A stretch of 64,000 nt of DNA from Azolla caroliniana (Eukaryota > Plantae > Polypodiophyta). The DNA is taken from positions 21,762,001 to 21,826,000 of the forward strand of contig JBHGNT010000003.1 of the NCBI GenBank assembly GCA_043228905.1. Direction: 5' to 3'. The position numbers and the translations under genes are program-made. Below, one piece after another: positions 51,201 to 64,000 of the stretch; the stretch's first letter is position 1; each line of letters begins with the position of its first letter. A model generated the notes under the pieces. That model was not told the DNA's origin. It did not search any database and saw only the letters and a program-made list of their open reading frames with translations.

Positions 51201-52639
51201 AAAACAATGTTCGAATCAAATGTATGTAGGGCCGAATTGTAAAACATGGATACACAATCAACTAACTTCCCTAATGAGTTTTCTTCTTCTTGTTCTTGGG
51301 TTAAAAAAATTTGCTCATGATAACTTACTCCAATTGTAGATGTAAGTGACCAGTTCTGGACAGTGTAAGGCCTAGCCGTTAAGTGCAAAAGATCAAATGG
51401 AAGGTGAGGCTTACTAGCAAAATTCTAGTTATAACTTATACCTATCAAGCCTAACCTCTTTTCCTAAATTCATTAAATCATTGTTCTTATAACAAGCATG
51501 CCATAACATGAAAACTGGCCTTGATAAAATCACACAAGGAACTTTTTATTGTCCCACAAACAAGTGCTCATAAAAGTTAAATATCAGTAAAACGTTCTTT
51601 GCAACATGTAGGTCATTGATGAAATCCACATTGGCGTTCATTGTAGAAAATTTACATAATCTTCATGAGAGATCATGCACACTTACCACCTGGGTTCTTT
51701 GTTGGGGCAAATCACGAGGATGCAATCGCCATGGTTGATATTGAAATATAAGATCATGAATGTCAGTGTGAAGGAGAGCTACATACATATATGTTTTTTT
51801 AGATGACATGAATATAACAAATGCATGTTCATGTGCATCCCACCATTTCATTGTGGTATTAGTGTGTTGGGTTGATGTGGATGCAATCGTTTGTGCAATA
51901 ATATATGTGACAACATCGTGCCATCCGTACAATAATGTACATGGGTAGCTATAGTAGTCCCTTCACTTTCCATATTTTGGTGACTTATGAGAGAACTCTT
52001 GCAAAAGACTTCTTTTATATGGTCAATGCACAATCGTCAATAAGTACTATTTTGTCCTCACCTATGCACCCATGTGATCCATTATATCACGCATATTCCA
52101 TGCCCATTTCAATGTGATCAATCGTTGGAATATATGCTCACTTTGTGATCTGTGCAACACCATATTGTAGTTATTAATACAACATTGACTACAAAGAAAA
52201 ACACAACCAAGAAGAAACATCCTTTTCCGTAATAGTTCCAAATGGATCGATGGGGGATTGCAAGCGAACAATTGGGGAAGGAAAAACCCAATGAATGGTG
52301 GACCTCTCAATGACATAAGAAAATGGTTCAGAGGATGGGGTGTGGGTGATGTTTTAGAGCTTTCGGGTGATGTTGTGCATTATGTAATGATCGAGTAAAG
52401 GTTGGTGGATCATTAAGGATGAAGTGGTAAGATGCTAAGAGGACAAAGCTAGAATACTACATTGCAAATGGCAACCCTGAATGTTGGCCTCAATATAAGG
52501 CAAGAATGTCTATTGATCATATCCAACCTTATCTCATTACCAATATGAGTAGTAATGCTTGTAGACCCTTACACTACTTCACACTCATTCTCACAAGTTA
52601 GGTATCAAAGTTACATCATGCTATCAAAATGTAACAAAT

Positions 52640-52930
52640 TTGAAGGCCTGTAAAGTATGCAATGAAGGCATGATAGAGGATGAATGTCACTTGCTCTTCA
52701 CATGCTCGGCATATAGCACAATTCGTTCAAGATATGATGACATATTAAGACGGAGCGATAACTTAAGTGCCATACTTAAGACACCTCCTAGAAGGTTGAG
52801 CTCGTATGTGCATGCCGTATTCACGAATAGAGGCTTTGTGCTTCAATGTATGAATACCCCTTTTTAGGAAGGAGACACATATCAAGAACACATGTATAGT
52901 CAAAACTGGCCTCTTTATGGAAGATAAAAA
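52640..52930 (+). mobile_element. Non-LTR retrotransposon (LINE) 3' remnant with a C-terminal CCHC finger
   Basis: CKVCNEGMIEDECHLLFTC..Y..IR fits the CxxC-x-ED-xx-H-xxxx-C pattern at LINE ORF2 C-termini; truncated at the 5' end. Confidence 0.6.
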
Positions 52931-53036
52931 CAATTCTAAATCAACTTGTTAGTGTATAAAAGTGTCTAGAAAGCACCGTGAGATGTAGGTATGACGGACA
53001 CGCAGGGTTGGGCGCCAGACAAATGGAGAGTAGAAG

Positions 53037-53162
53037 CATACATACATACATACATACATACATACATACTTACGTATGTACACATGCATACATATTGATA
53101 CATACATAAATACATACATACTTACATACGTACACATGCATACATACATACATACATACATA
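53037..53162. repeat. (CATA)n microsatellite
   Basis: Read directly from the sequence. Confidence 0.9.
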
Positions 53163-53590
53163 CTGATACAAGTTGATTTGTGGAGGTGTTGGACATTCAG
53201 ACAATATGTATCTATCAATCATGTTCTTATTATTAGACTTTAGTATTACATTGTGGGGAGGAAGGCGTTGGCTTTGTCTTTGGAAAATAGCTAGAATTAA
53301 AATTGAGGCCATTTCCTGCGGAACACTTACAAAAGACATTTTGTTTGTTTTTTTGGAAAAAGAAGAAGAAGAAGACATTTTGTTTGTTTGTTTGTTGTTT
53401 TTTTTACTGTGGAATCAGACGCTGCAGGAAAGAAGGAGAATAAGAAGAAGCAGCAGAATCGCACGACAAAGAATCGGATGAAGGAAGGAGAAAGAGAGAA
53501 GGAAGGAAGGAAGGAAGGAAAGAAAGAAATGTTGCTGTTCTCTAAGTCTTCGGAGGTGATTTTATAGAAGGAAAAGCGTAAAAAAGAAAA

Positions 53591-56500
53591 ATGCGACGCC
53601 ATGGTTGGCACCTCCCTTACCATCCCTTACAGGTTTCTATACATCTTTCGTTCTCTTCTTTTCTCTTGATAATGTACTAAATTTCGCTAAATCCCTCTCT
53701 CTCCTACAGTTCAATATCGAACATTAAGCCATAATTATGTACTGATATTTGCTTAGATTTTGTTGCTGAAATCATTCTTTTCTCTTGATAATTTATTGAT
53801 TTTTGTTTGGATTTTGTTGTAGAAATCGTCATGATCTCTTGTATAATGTACTGAAATTTGCTATAGAATTCATTATTATCTCTTAAAATTTGATGTAGAA
53901 TTCATTATTTTCTCGTTGTAATTTACTGATTTTAGGAGTAATGGATTTTTTTGTGATGCTTTTGGATATAAAATCGCACTTTTCTCTTGATAATGTACTG
54001 ATTTAAGTAGTAAAACATTTTTGCAAATTTGTTTGAACATAGAATTCATTCTTTTCTCTTGATAATCTAGCAATTTAACAATTAGAAAAAAAGGTTTTGG
54101 ATGCAGAAATCATTTTTGTTCAGTTACCAACATCTCTTCTTCACAGTTCTGAAACCAGAAAAGAAAAAAGAAAACGTCTCATGAAAATATCATCTATGAA
54201 ATTTCCAGCTGTTGATTTTACTATTTGTTTTGGCAGCAAAATCAGAATGTGCAATTTGTTTTCGTTGGTTCTGACAGAAGTTTTGTAATTTCCTTAACAG
54301 CAAAAGAAGGAGAAAAAAAATGCTTTTCATAATTGTAAATTAAAGTCTTGTTTTTACTCATGCAGAAAGAAGTCCTATAGAAAAGTGTTATGATTTTAAC
54401 AATGGTTTAAATTGTTGCACATTTTTGCTTTCTTTTACTTTGCTGTTGTTATAGTGTACTTTGAACTGAAACATTCTAAAAAATTCTGGCTCCCAGAAAA
54501 ACTTCTCTCTTAACAAACAAGATATATTCATATTTAACAACAGTTTACAACTTGCTTCAAAAGTCTCATACAGATCTATTTAACTATGGTTTCCATGATT
54601 TGCAGATTGTTGCTGTGTCAATATTCCTGGTTTTGGCATTTACTTTCTATGTATTTTTCATCCCTTTTGTTGGATCAAAGGTTTTGGAGATAGCTTTGTT
54701 TGTCTTGTATTCTCCAATGGTATGTGAGATTAGTTCATGCATAGTTGTTTGTTTTGAAGAATGGAAAATCCTCGGTGTCTTTTGAACCAATAATGAGCCA
54801 GGGATATGTTTATGGAGTTCTGTAAACATTTTCACATATTTCTGAGAATAAGATTCTAGCTACCTAAACTTTTTTAGTCTGTGTGTTGCCAAATGCATGC
54901 CAAATGCACGTGTTTAGCTCATAATACAACCATTGGCCCCTTTGTGTCAGGTCGCTCTCGTCTTTGGACTCTATGTTTGGTGTGTGGCTGTAAATCCAGC
55001 AGATGACGGAGTGCTGAGAAGCAGTAAAACCCATAATACATCACATTCATACTCTAAAATGGATGAAAAGGTTCATTTTCATCACTGTCTTCAGTTTGAT
55101 AAGTGCTTGAAAAAGCCTGATACTGAATTAGACAAGAAAGGAGGCACTATTTCTCATAAGTCAACAGAAACAAATCAAGGGATTTCCCCGTGGAATCGTA
55201 TGCTATCATCTTTATTATGTAGCAAATCAAAACCAAATATTCCTCTTAGTGAAGAGACCATGCTTTATTGCAGTTTGTGCGATGTTGAGGTAGGTATCGG
55301 GTTCTCCTCCATTATGAATAATGTCTTTGTAATCTGAAAGTTATTTCTGCATTTATGGCAAGATCTCCAAGGATACTAAACATTGCCGAATCTGTGGCAA
55401 GTGTATTGATGGTTTTGATCACCACTACCGTGTGAGTCTATTCTTTCTTTGAAAATGGTTTTCTCTTTAGAATTTTCGTTGTACAGATAAGACACAAACA
55501 AAATTTCCTGTGTTAAATCATGCAGTGGCTGAATAATTGCATTGGTAGAAAAAATTACAAGGATTTTGTGGGTTTGTTGGTGTCAACGATAGCAATGGTA
55601 CTTCACAGTCTGTCTGTTAATTGTTTGAGTAATTCAATCTTTAAATATTGAAATTGGTTGATAAAGTGTTTTAGAACATCTTTTTCATTGCCATTTGTTT
55701 GCAGCTCATTTTGCAGTGGTCAGTTGGATTATGGTTGGTGGTACATTACTTTCTAAGAATATCTCGTTTCCAAAATCTCATCGTGTTAAAACTCGGGAGC
55801 CGTTTTCCATCTCTAGTTTACCTAATAATAGTGGTAAGTACTTATGAGTTCAGTTCTTTGTATGACAGTTCAGTTTAGAATATTGAGTTCTTAAATATCT
55901 AGATTCTTTAGCACCCTATGTTTAGCTATATTTATTTTGGTTTAATGGTTCTCAAGGATGGGCAAACATTGTAAGATATGATCTCGTGTTTGGTCTTGTA
56001 AGCCATTTTAGCCTCCAATAAGACATTATTATTATAGTGTTCTTTCGTTCTATCTTCATATGTTTGATTGATTAGTTTTTATTTTAGGCATTTTGTACAT
56101 TGCTTTCTATGGCAGCTACATATCCATTCAGTCAACTCTTCTTGTTCCATATCATACTTATTAAGAAGGTGATTCAGCAAGGTTGCCATGCAAATATTTA
56201 GCTGTTTATTCTTGACAGCATGAAAATTTAAAAGGTTTGTCAATTATGCTATGTCAGGGGATGAGTACATACGATTACATTGTCGCAATACGGGAGGAAG
56301 ATCAGAAAGGTATAGGTGGCAGTGCCCATAGTCCTACTTCCCCTCTTGGTGCTGTTGGAACAGGTACCTGTGGCGAAATCTCATTTCTTGGCATACAAGG
56401 ACAAGCATGGTGTACTACCCCGAGATTCCTCATTGATAGTGAGGTGAGAGAGAGAGTACTGTTTGGTTGATGTGGCTTGGTAGGTAGGGTTATTCAGTGC

Positions 56501-57141
56501 AGCTAGAAGTTCATGTGTTCATCACCTACAGAAAGAAAAGTTTTCTTAAAGAATGTGTTTCACAGGAAGATGCAGCAACTCAGAGTTATCTTTCAGTGAA
56601 GGATTTAAACTCAGGCATTCATTTGGCAGCTCACCAAGATAGAAAAAAGCCAATCAAGTTAAACCCATGGAATCTGGCATCTTTAAATGCAGAGGAGGTT
56701 TTGCGCCTTGCTGCAATCGCCAAGAAGAATTCATCTATATTGCGGCCAGGCGGTCCTTCGAATGTCAGGGTGGTTTTGGAAGATGTGAACATTAGCATGT
56801 GTAGCCCGCCATTTTCAAATGTCAGTATTAACAGCATAATAGAGGCCAATATTGATTTATCACATCAGTCATTTGTTCCAATGAGTAATTGTGAACACAG
56901 GAAAGTTCCTGTTACGTCTGTGTACGGTAGTGGAAGTAGTGATGTGGTAAGGGGCCTTAATCCACTGCAGATGGTGGCCATGAATGCATTTAAAACAAGC
57001 AGGGAGTTATCTACTGGTGGAGTCACTATTTCATCATCTCAAATTTCTCATGAAGATTCAGATTCTTGGTCCAATACTGTAGATGTGGTTGAAGTATCTC
57101 AAGCTTCAGGTACCCCATCAAAGACTTTAGAAAGGGAGTAG
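53591..57141 (+). CDS. Protein S-acyltransferase (DHHC family, PAT19-22-like), 9 exons, about 535 aa; catalytic motif reads DHHY
   Basis: Exons 53591-53632 (MRRHGWHLPYHPLQ), 54606-54719, 54951-55289 (...YCSLCDVE), 55363-55431 (KHCRICGKCIDGFDHHYR), 55526-55597 (WLNNCIGRKNY), 55705-55833, 56088-56168 (LFLFHIILIKK), 56258-56443 (GMSTYDYI...AWCTTPR), 56566-57141. All phase 0, GT-AG. Confidence 0.9.
53660..54070 (+). repeat. Degenerate minisatellite in PAT intron 1
   Basis: About 7 recurrences of TTCTCTTGATAATGTACTGA-like units. Confidence 0.65.
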
Positions 57142-60100
57142 TGGGAATTAGTGAGATGATGAAAGTGAATGACCACATGCTTCAGTTATGCTATTTAACA
57201 ATTCACAAGTAGTGGAGGCTCGGATGACTATGAAGGTGTTGTATTAGAGAGGTTTAGGGTTTATGAAGAAGGGTGATTGTAGGTTCTTATGTATGTGATT
57301 CTTACTGATGTTAAGATATGGTTGCCAAACACAGCTTAAATCTACTCAGAGGTCCCATGTAGATATGATTGTATAGCGTGTCATTCCGGAATGTGATGGA
57401 CGACTATTCTTCATGTAAATTGTAAATCTTTTTTCAGTTTGTTGATAACAGTTATTCTCAAGATCAGAAGATGGTGGGCATACTTTATCTATTAGAATAA
57501 TTTGCTTCAGATACCCAACTAAATCGGTTGAGAGTTGAGAAAAACCAAAATCTGTTTATGTTACCTCTAATAAAAGAGCAAACTAGAACAACTTCCAAAG
57601 AAGCCAATTATAAAGCCTGTAACAAGTAAAGTCCAAAATCGATAGCAATCCAATGGATGGGTCTATGAAGAATGTATTCAGTTTTGCCTGTGTGGTCTTC
57701 TAGAATAATGTGTCGTCAAAATTTAATTTTAATGAATGAAATAAAAACATGTTAATTAGTTCTTTAGTCTAAATATTAAAAACTCAAGTAAAGATTCCAT
57801 AATTTTAGTTATAACTTTTAAAGAATGAGAGACAAACAGAAAGAAAGATATGTCTATTAGAGGCCAAAATTTCATGCTCTTCCTTCATTATTAACTATAG
57901 CACGATGGTAAAAAAAGCCAACCAAAAAAACATAATCCTTGTTTTGCCTCAAGCCATCTTGAAATATATGAAATCAAATAGCAATATTCTTCAACTAATA
58001 AACACCATCATCTTAGTTGGTGGTTGACTTTTTTCTCTTTATTAATACATTTTATTACCTATGGGAAACCTCAAGATAAAGTGGCAAACCAATGATTGAT
58101 ACACGATAAGAGTGCTAAGATGTTTTGGAATATCATGAGAAGTATAACATAGAAAGACAATTGTAGTGATTTCTTGAAGGTAGAGATTGAAGAATGGTAG
58201 GGTTATCATAATGAACATGGTTATAGAGAGATCATAGTCTCTGTAGAGCTCAAAATGTGAGTTATTTGAGAAAAGTTGCATGAAAGTAACTAAAATTTGA
58301 GAAACATTTGTTAAACTATAACCAACAATCTCAATTGTAAGCAATGTTGTAGTTATGCAAGATAATGTGTGAATAGATAGGTCCACAATGAACATAACAC
58401 ATTGTCAGTAGTGGCATTGTTGCAAGTGACATTTTTTCAGCTTGATGACATCTCCAATGTTATATGAGACATCATTAATGAGGTGGTGGTAACACACATA
58501 TAAAGTTAAGAAAGCACCTATTAAGCACAATGGTTTAGGGTTTAGGCTTTTGTCTTTTCATCGACAACTTGTAAATTTGAAGTAAGTATGTGTATATATG
58601 TATGTATAGACAGAGAAAGAAAGAAAGATATATTAACATCTTCTAAGACCAAAGTTGGCCCATGAGACAATTGGTTACAACAAAATGGAGCGAGGTTTAA
58701 ATCATATTTCCCAACTTTTATGAGTATTGCTACTAGTTTTTCTTCTTTTCAAATGGAATGTCCATCTCTTATTGTTTAAAATATGCCACCTTTAAATTTG
58801 CCTATCCTAATTCTTCGTTCTCTTTGGCAATTTTAGCATTTTCAATATAACTTAGAAAACGATAATTTCTACTAAAAAATCTTCAAGGACGTGATTGGAT
58901 TATTGCCTTGACTTCATATAGTTCTTTTTATCACACCTTACATGCCTTGTATCAATCTCATCTCAAAAGTTGAATGAAGTTGATAATATTTTTGTATCAA
59001 TCTCATCTCAAAAGTTGTTCCTGAATTCTGAGCATTTACATTAGTTAACATAACGTTTATGTGTGAGAGAACCTTAGAAAAAATCAAAGATTTTTATTTC
59101 CCACTGAAGGGATGTTTGTCTTTGAGAATTGGGTTGTTTTCTATTGTTTATTGCTTTTGTTTAAATTATGTTTTCTAATAGTTGGGCTTGTGTTGGATGT
59201 CAACGCACATATTCTTGAGTGACATTAATTCCATGTTCTCATGAACTTATGAATGACATAAACGGGCAAGGAGACGTGTAACATTGCAAATGGTTCATGT
59301 ATGAGAATCTATGTACGGTGTAGAGAATATAGTAATCCTTACTTTTTGGTCATGTGAACACTTGTATAAGATTTATAAAGTTGACCTCAAGTAGTTTGAT
59401 GTAATGTGCGGAAGGATGAATAAATTTATCTGGCCCAACCTTCACTTTCCTCTTATATTCAATATAGATACAAGTTACAACTATTGAAGGAGGGGGGTGC
59501 AAGAAATTTGTGTGTTTGTTTGTCCCTCTTTTCTTTGGAAAAGTGGTTGTATACATCAAAGCACACAAAAACAAATGGACTATAGGGGGAGTGAGTAGAG
59601 GAAGGTTTGATAGTGGACCCATCTAGTAACATATATAGATGGACCATATCATCATTATATCATGAAGATCGTTGCTCACCGTTCCACCCAAAGACACCCA
59701 AGTCACAAATGCACTTGTTGAACTTCATCGTCTCACTTCACCACACCAACTAACCTTTGATGCCACATCCCCCAACTATTACCCTACATAAACATATTGG
59801 CTACATACTCCATGCTTGCAAACCGTCTTCACATTTATTCCACCACATGCATTAAGATCATTATGGTGTATTTTTAGAAAACTTGAGCATGAATGCGCCC
59901 ATATTTGTAGTCATGATTCGTAACATTTTCATAGTAGGCGTGGAGAAGATTACTTGCAACATATATTCAACTAGAAACCTTCCACCTTGCATTTAAAGAT
60001 GTCTGGTTACAATGGTATGTGTGAGTGCTAGACGTATGTAATAAAGAAAAGAAAGTTAATGGGAAAGATGGAAAAATGTGAAGTAGCTATATACATGTAA

Positions 60101-60613
60101 GCAACAATGACCCAATTATACCAGCAAATACGAATTCCCTTCATCACCTACTTTGTCGTATACAATTGAACATCTAGAAGAGTTTATCCACAAAACCATA
60201 AGTGAACATGATGAAAAATCAGACATTGAACAACCATAAAAAACAATGCTTTTGTCACCTACTCAACCACATAACCAAACTCATCCAAGATCCGAAAAGT
60301 AAAGTCGGAAATCATGCGTAAGTTTCCATTTCAGTTTTTGTAAAATTACACTTCGGATATGGCTAGGAAAGTGCTTTGTAAAGTTTCTTCCTCCTGGCCC
60401 CATGTGGATGTTAGTACGATATCAACGTCTCTTAATACAGCAATGTGTTTCAATGATTAGCCTTGTATCAAATTTAAACTTGGATTTCTCACATTCTCTC
60501 TCAACTACATGTATTGTCAATTGCAAAGATCATTAGTAGAATTCTTGAACATCGGGAATAGCTTAATATACCCTACAAACAATGCATGAGAATGCCACTT
60601 TGACCTTTGAAGG

Positions 60614-60800
<187 letters not shown>

Positions 60801-60982
60801 ACAGTTTATGTGCTCGGATATACTTAACATAAATGATTCCAAAAAATGAACATGGGATCTACAAAGTAATGACATAATTAGAGGCTGTGTGAGGAAAAAC
60901 GAAGGCCAATATATCCTTCGAGTTTGTATACAAGCAAGCACCCTTTATTTTTCCACTTGGTGCTTCCAATGGTTCGGATAAC

Positions 60983-63180
60983 CTAGGCAGCAGGTGGCCT
61001 CAATGTCGGATCGTGTGGGCTTTCTGACTCCATTTGTGAGCGACCATCCACCACCAAGTCCTTTCTATGACCTTGAGCAGTAGTCACACAAGTTGTATCT
61101 ACATCCACTTTATTCTTCACAGAATATGTGGATGAATTGATCGAAGGGGAACTGATAGAAGATGAACTGACACTCTTCACATCATTTAATTCTGCACCAC
61201 CACCCTCATTCCATTCATGCTCTCGTGGCCCAGCAGCTGTTGTGTCCTGGGACTGGAAAGAATGCAGTTCCATTAGAGGATCCTGGTAAGTGTATCACCA
61301 TAGCCTATCTATAAGCAAATGACTAGTTTTCAAGAAGTTTGATAAGTTTCAGCTAATTTTATGACCAATGTTTTTGAGAGATTTTCCCAATAAAATAAAA
61401 GTATTCTTCATCACAATAAGCTAAATATGAAAGATTAACCTATTTTCTCTACTCTTGGGGTTCCATAAGCTACAAGTCTGTACCCTGAAATGTTGTAATA
61501 TCATAGCCAATAGCAAAATAATAGAGAATGCAATACATACCCCGGTAATATGGAAATCTGAAACTCGCACAGGCAAGGCCATAACGACTGCATTGTCTTG
61601 CCCTTGTTCGAGTGATGTATGTTGAGAGCGGACACTTTGTGGAAGATCCTTATTGTTGGAGTGTTTGGACTTTGACCTTGAATCTTGATTTGAATGTGCC
61701 ACAGCCGGAATGGCAGCAGCTGCGCCGAGAGCAGAAGCTGCTGTTTGGGAAGCAAGATTAGCCGGAATCTGGACAACATAACCCCCTGGTAGAGGTGGCT
61801 GGACAGATGTTGGATATTGTGCATAGGGTCGCTCTATATGCGAATGTGACGATGTTAGAGCCTGTGGTGGAAAGGTTGGGAAAGGCATGTATGTATTGCC
61901 ACCTTCACCATGCCGATTTCCAAACATTGCAGCATAAGGGTGCATAGGAAATGCTCCAATAGGTGGTGCCACAGGAATGTATGTGGATGCAGGATTAACA
62001 GAACCAGGAGGCCCTCCTCCATACTGATGTGAATCATTCTCGCCCACAGATACTGGTTGTGGAATTGGCATTGGATATGAGTATGGTGGTTGTGCTGGCG
62101 GCGGTGGTGCAGCCCCACCCATCACCAGAGATGGATCCATTGCCATCCAAGGTGATGATGATGATCGAAGACGTTGTTGCAGTTGGTTCTGCAACCTCTC
62201 TGTCTCATTCTTCAAAGTTGTCCTCTCCTCTCGGAGTTCATTCTTCTCTTGTGTGAGCTGTAAATTACAAGACAAGCCAAGCCAAGCATTACTAAATGTT
62301 GCACTGTCTGAGTAAGTGTGTCTTTGGTGTGAATGTACAGGTACAGGTACATGTATAGTACAGGTATATGTATGTGTACAAGTTCACTCTTCTCTTGTGT
62401 GAGCTGTAAATTACAAGACAACCCAAGCATTCACTAAATGTTGCACTGTCTGAGTAAGTGTGTCTTTGGTGTGAATGTACAGGTACAGGTAGAGGTATAG
62501 CACAGGTATATGTATGTGTACAAGTTCACTCTTCTCTTGTGTGAGCTGTAAATTACAAGACAACCCAAGCATTCACTAAATGTTGCACTGTCTGAGTAAG
62601 TGTGTCTTTGGTGTGTATGTATAGGTACAGGTATAGATATAGTACAGGTATATGTAAATATACATATACATATACATATACGTGTATATGTATATGCATA
62701 TGTATATATGTAGATGTATGTATATGTATACGTATATGTATATGCATATAAACGAACATTGAGTTTCTACACCAGCAATATAATGTGTTACAAAAAAGAT
62801 ATAAGGATAAATGTATGTGCATGCATGTCTATAAAAACAAAGATGCTGCATACATCAGTAGATTCATCCAGTAGAGAAGAATGCTCTGTCTTCAACCTCT
62901 TCACCTCATCCCGAAGCTCCTTGACAACCTGAATACTTTCTCCTAGGATCGTTGCTTTATCATTTTTGGGTCTATCTGGATCTGAAGAGCATAGGGTAAG
63001 GACTTGGAGCATGTTCCATTATAGAGAAAACAGTACAGGAACCCTCAACTCTTACCTAATGCCTTTGCAAGTTCTGAAAATTGTTCATTCAACTTATCCC
63101 TTCTCAGCTTCTCACGATCAGCTTTGTGCATCCGCCTAGCAGACATTCGATCGTCGGCACCTTGACTTCCAGCATTATGA
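60983..63180 (-). CDS. bHLH subgroup IVb transcription factor (bHLH121/URI / bHLH11-like); 5' end not identified
   Basis: Exons 63180-63056 (ARRMHKADREKLRRDKLNEQFSELAKAL), 62981-62854 (DPDRPKNDKATIL...), 62257-61571 (LTQEKNELREE...QQRLR...ERPYAQYP), 61282-60983; phases are consistent. The KADREKLRRD/DPDRPKNDKATIL/LTQEKNELREE signature matches my recollection of bHLH121/bHLH11. Confidence 0.88.
62235..62655 (-). repeat. Tandem triplication (142-146 bp units) spanning an intron 3' end and the first codons of the next bHLH exon
   Basis: AGTTCA(T/C)TCTTCTCTTGTGTGAGCTGTAAATTACAAGACAA starts at 62235, 62381 and 62523. Confidence 0.93.
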
Positions 63181-64000
63181 CTGTCCACATGGCAAATTCC
63201 ACAATTTTAAGACACTAAAAATTTTGTTTACACCAACACTAACAATATGCAAATTGACAAACGTAATAAATAAAAGATAATAAAAGAATTGACAAACATG
63301 ATGGTGTAGGAAATCCAAATCTAAGCATATACATAGACATAGACATATAAGAAAAGAACCAAATAACCTGATGAGGTTCCAATCGACCACATCTAAGAGG
63401 CAAAAAATATGGTTCAATCCATAGAACCACAATATAAACATGAAAAGGTATATTGAATATCAAGTTATGTCATATAAGAGCTTCTGCTTCCTCAACATTC
63501 ATGTGATACAAGCACCATGAATCAATGTCATAATCATTTGTCTCTGTGATAGTTTTGCAGGCTTCCTATCATCAAAAACAATTTGAATTAAGCTAGTTTT
63601 CCTCCTCGTTTTCATGCACATCGTGAGATGCTACCTCAGATTTTTTCTTCATTATTTTTTTAGATGATTTCACTTCAACATAGTACGTAGTAATAAGTCT
63701 AAGGACTAAGCCTTAGATTCTTTCACCTTAGTTATGTTGGGAGATACTTGCATATACAAAATGACACTTCTTTGCATCTGATCATTCTAAGATTCCAATT
63801 CCAAGGATGTCGGTCATTGCACATACATCCATGCAATTTTCTTTACTTGGGACCAGTAGTCTTTCATCCACGTTTTAAAAACAACATGGTTCAAAATGTA
63901 TCTATGAACCCAAAGTCATGACCATTTTTGGCAAGCTCTTTGCTTCAATACATGAAAATCTGCTGCACAGAGCCCTCTGTCTCACCACAATTGCAAATTT

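Noticed and set aside
55426-55428. A-to-I editing restoring Cys (UAC to UGC) in the PAT mRNA
   Set aside because: A-to-I editing of nuclear mRNA is not established in plants and nothing in the sequence supports it.
62235-62655. Regularly spaced repeats here, at 2052-2416 and at 21320-22140 considered as CRISPR-like arrays
   Set aside because: The whole units repeat with no unique spacers, there are no cas genes, and the context is eukaryotic introns or promoters.
63181-64000. First exon(s) of the bHLH gene
   Set aside because: No supportable start exon found; a possible donor near 63985 suggests the gene continues beyond the window.

Overview
Plant nuclear DNA with GT-AG introns and many microsatellites; the PPR and retroelement style suggests a fern or other seed-free plant (inference only). 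The left part holds a ferric-chelate reductase (FRO) array: two near-identical 7-exon genes (784-4545, 22829-26575) on a recently duplicated segment, and an older, internally deleted FRO pseudogene (13858-15395). Between them lie a solo LTR, a truncated Ty3/gypsy fragment and other TE debris. Next come a Kinesin-12 (POK-like) gene on the minus strand, a decayed full-length Ty1/copia element (both LTRs, PBS, PPT, TSD) with a nested solo LTR, an intronless PLS-class PPR gene, a PAT19-22-like S-acyltransferase gene and the 3' part of a bHLH121/bHLH11-like (subgroup IVb) gene. The most notable points are: (1) the otherwise intact S-acyltransferase encodes DHHY instead of catalytic DHHC; (2) a triplicated intron/exon junction in the bHLH gene could create in-frame 24-nt micro-exons; (3) the FRO array sits about 35 kb from an iron-regulon bHLH, with a palindromic G-box in the FRO promoters; (4) the FROs carry non-canonical FAD/NADPH motifs; (5) a tRNA-like sequence lies inside a solo LTR, and the copia has a duplicated PPT. 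All gene models and counts were made by eye; no database search was run.
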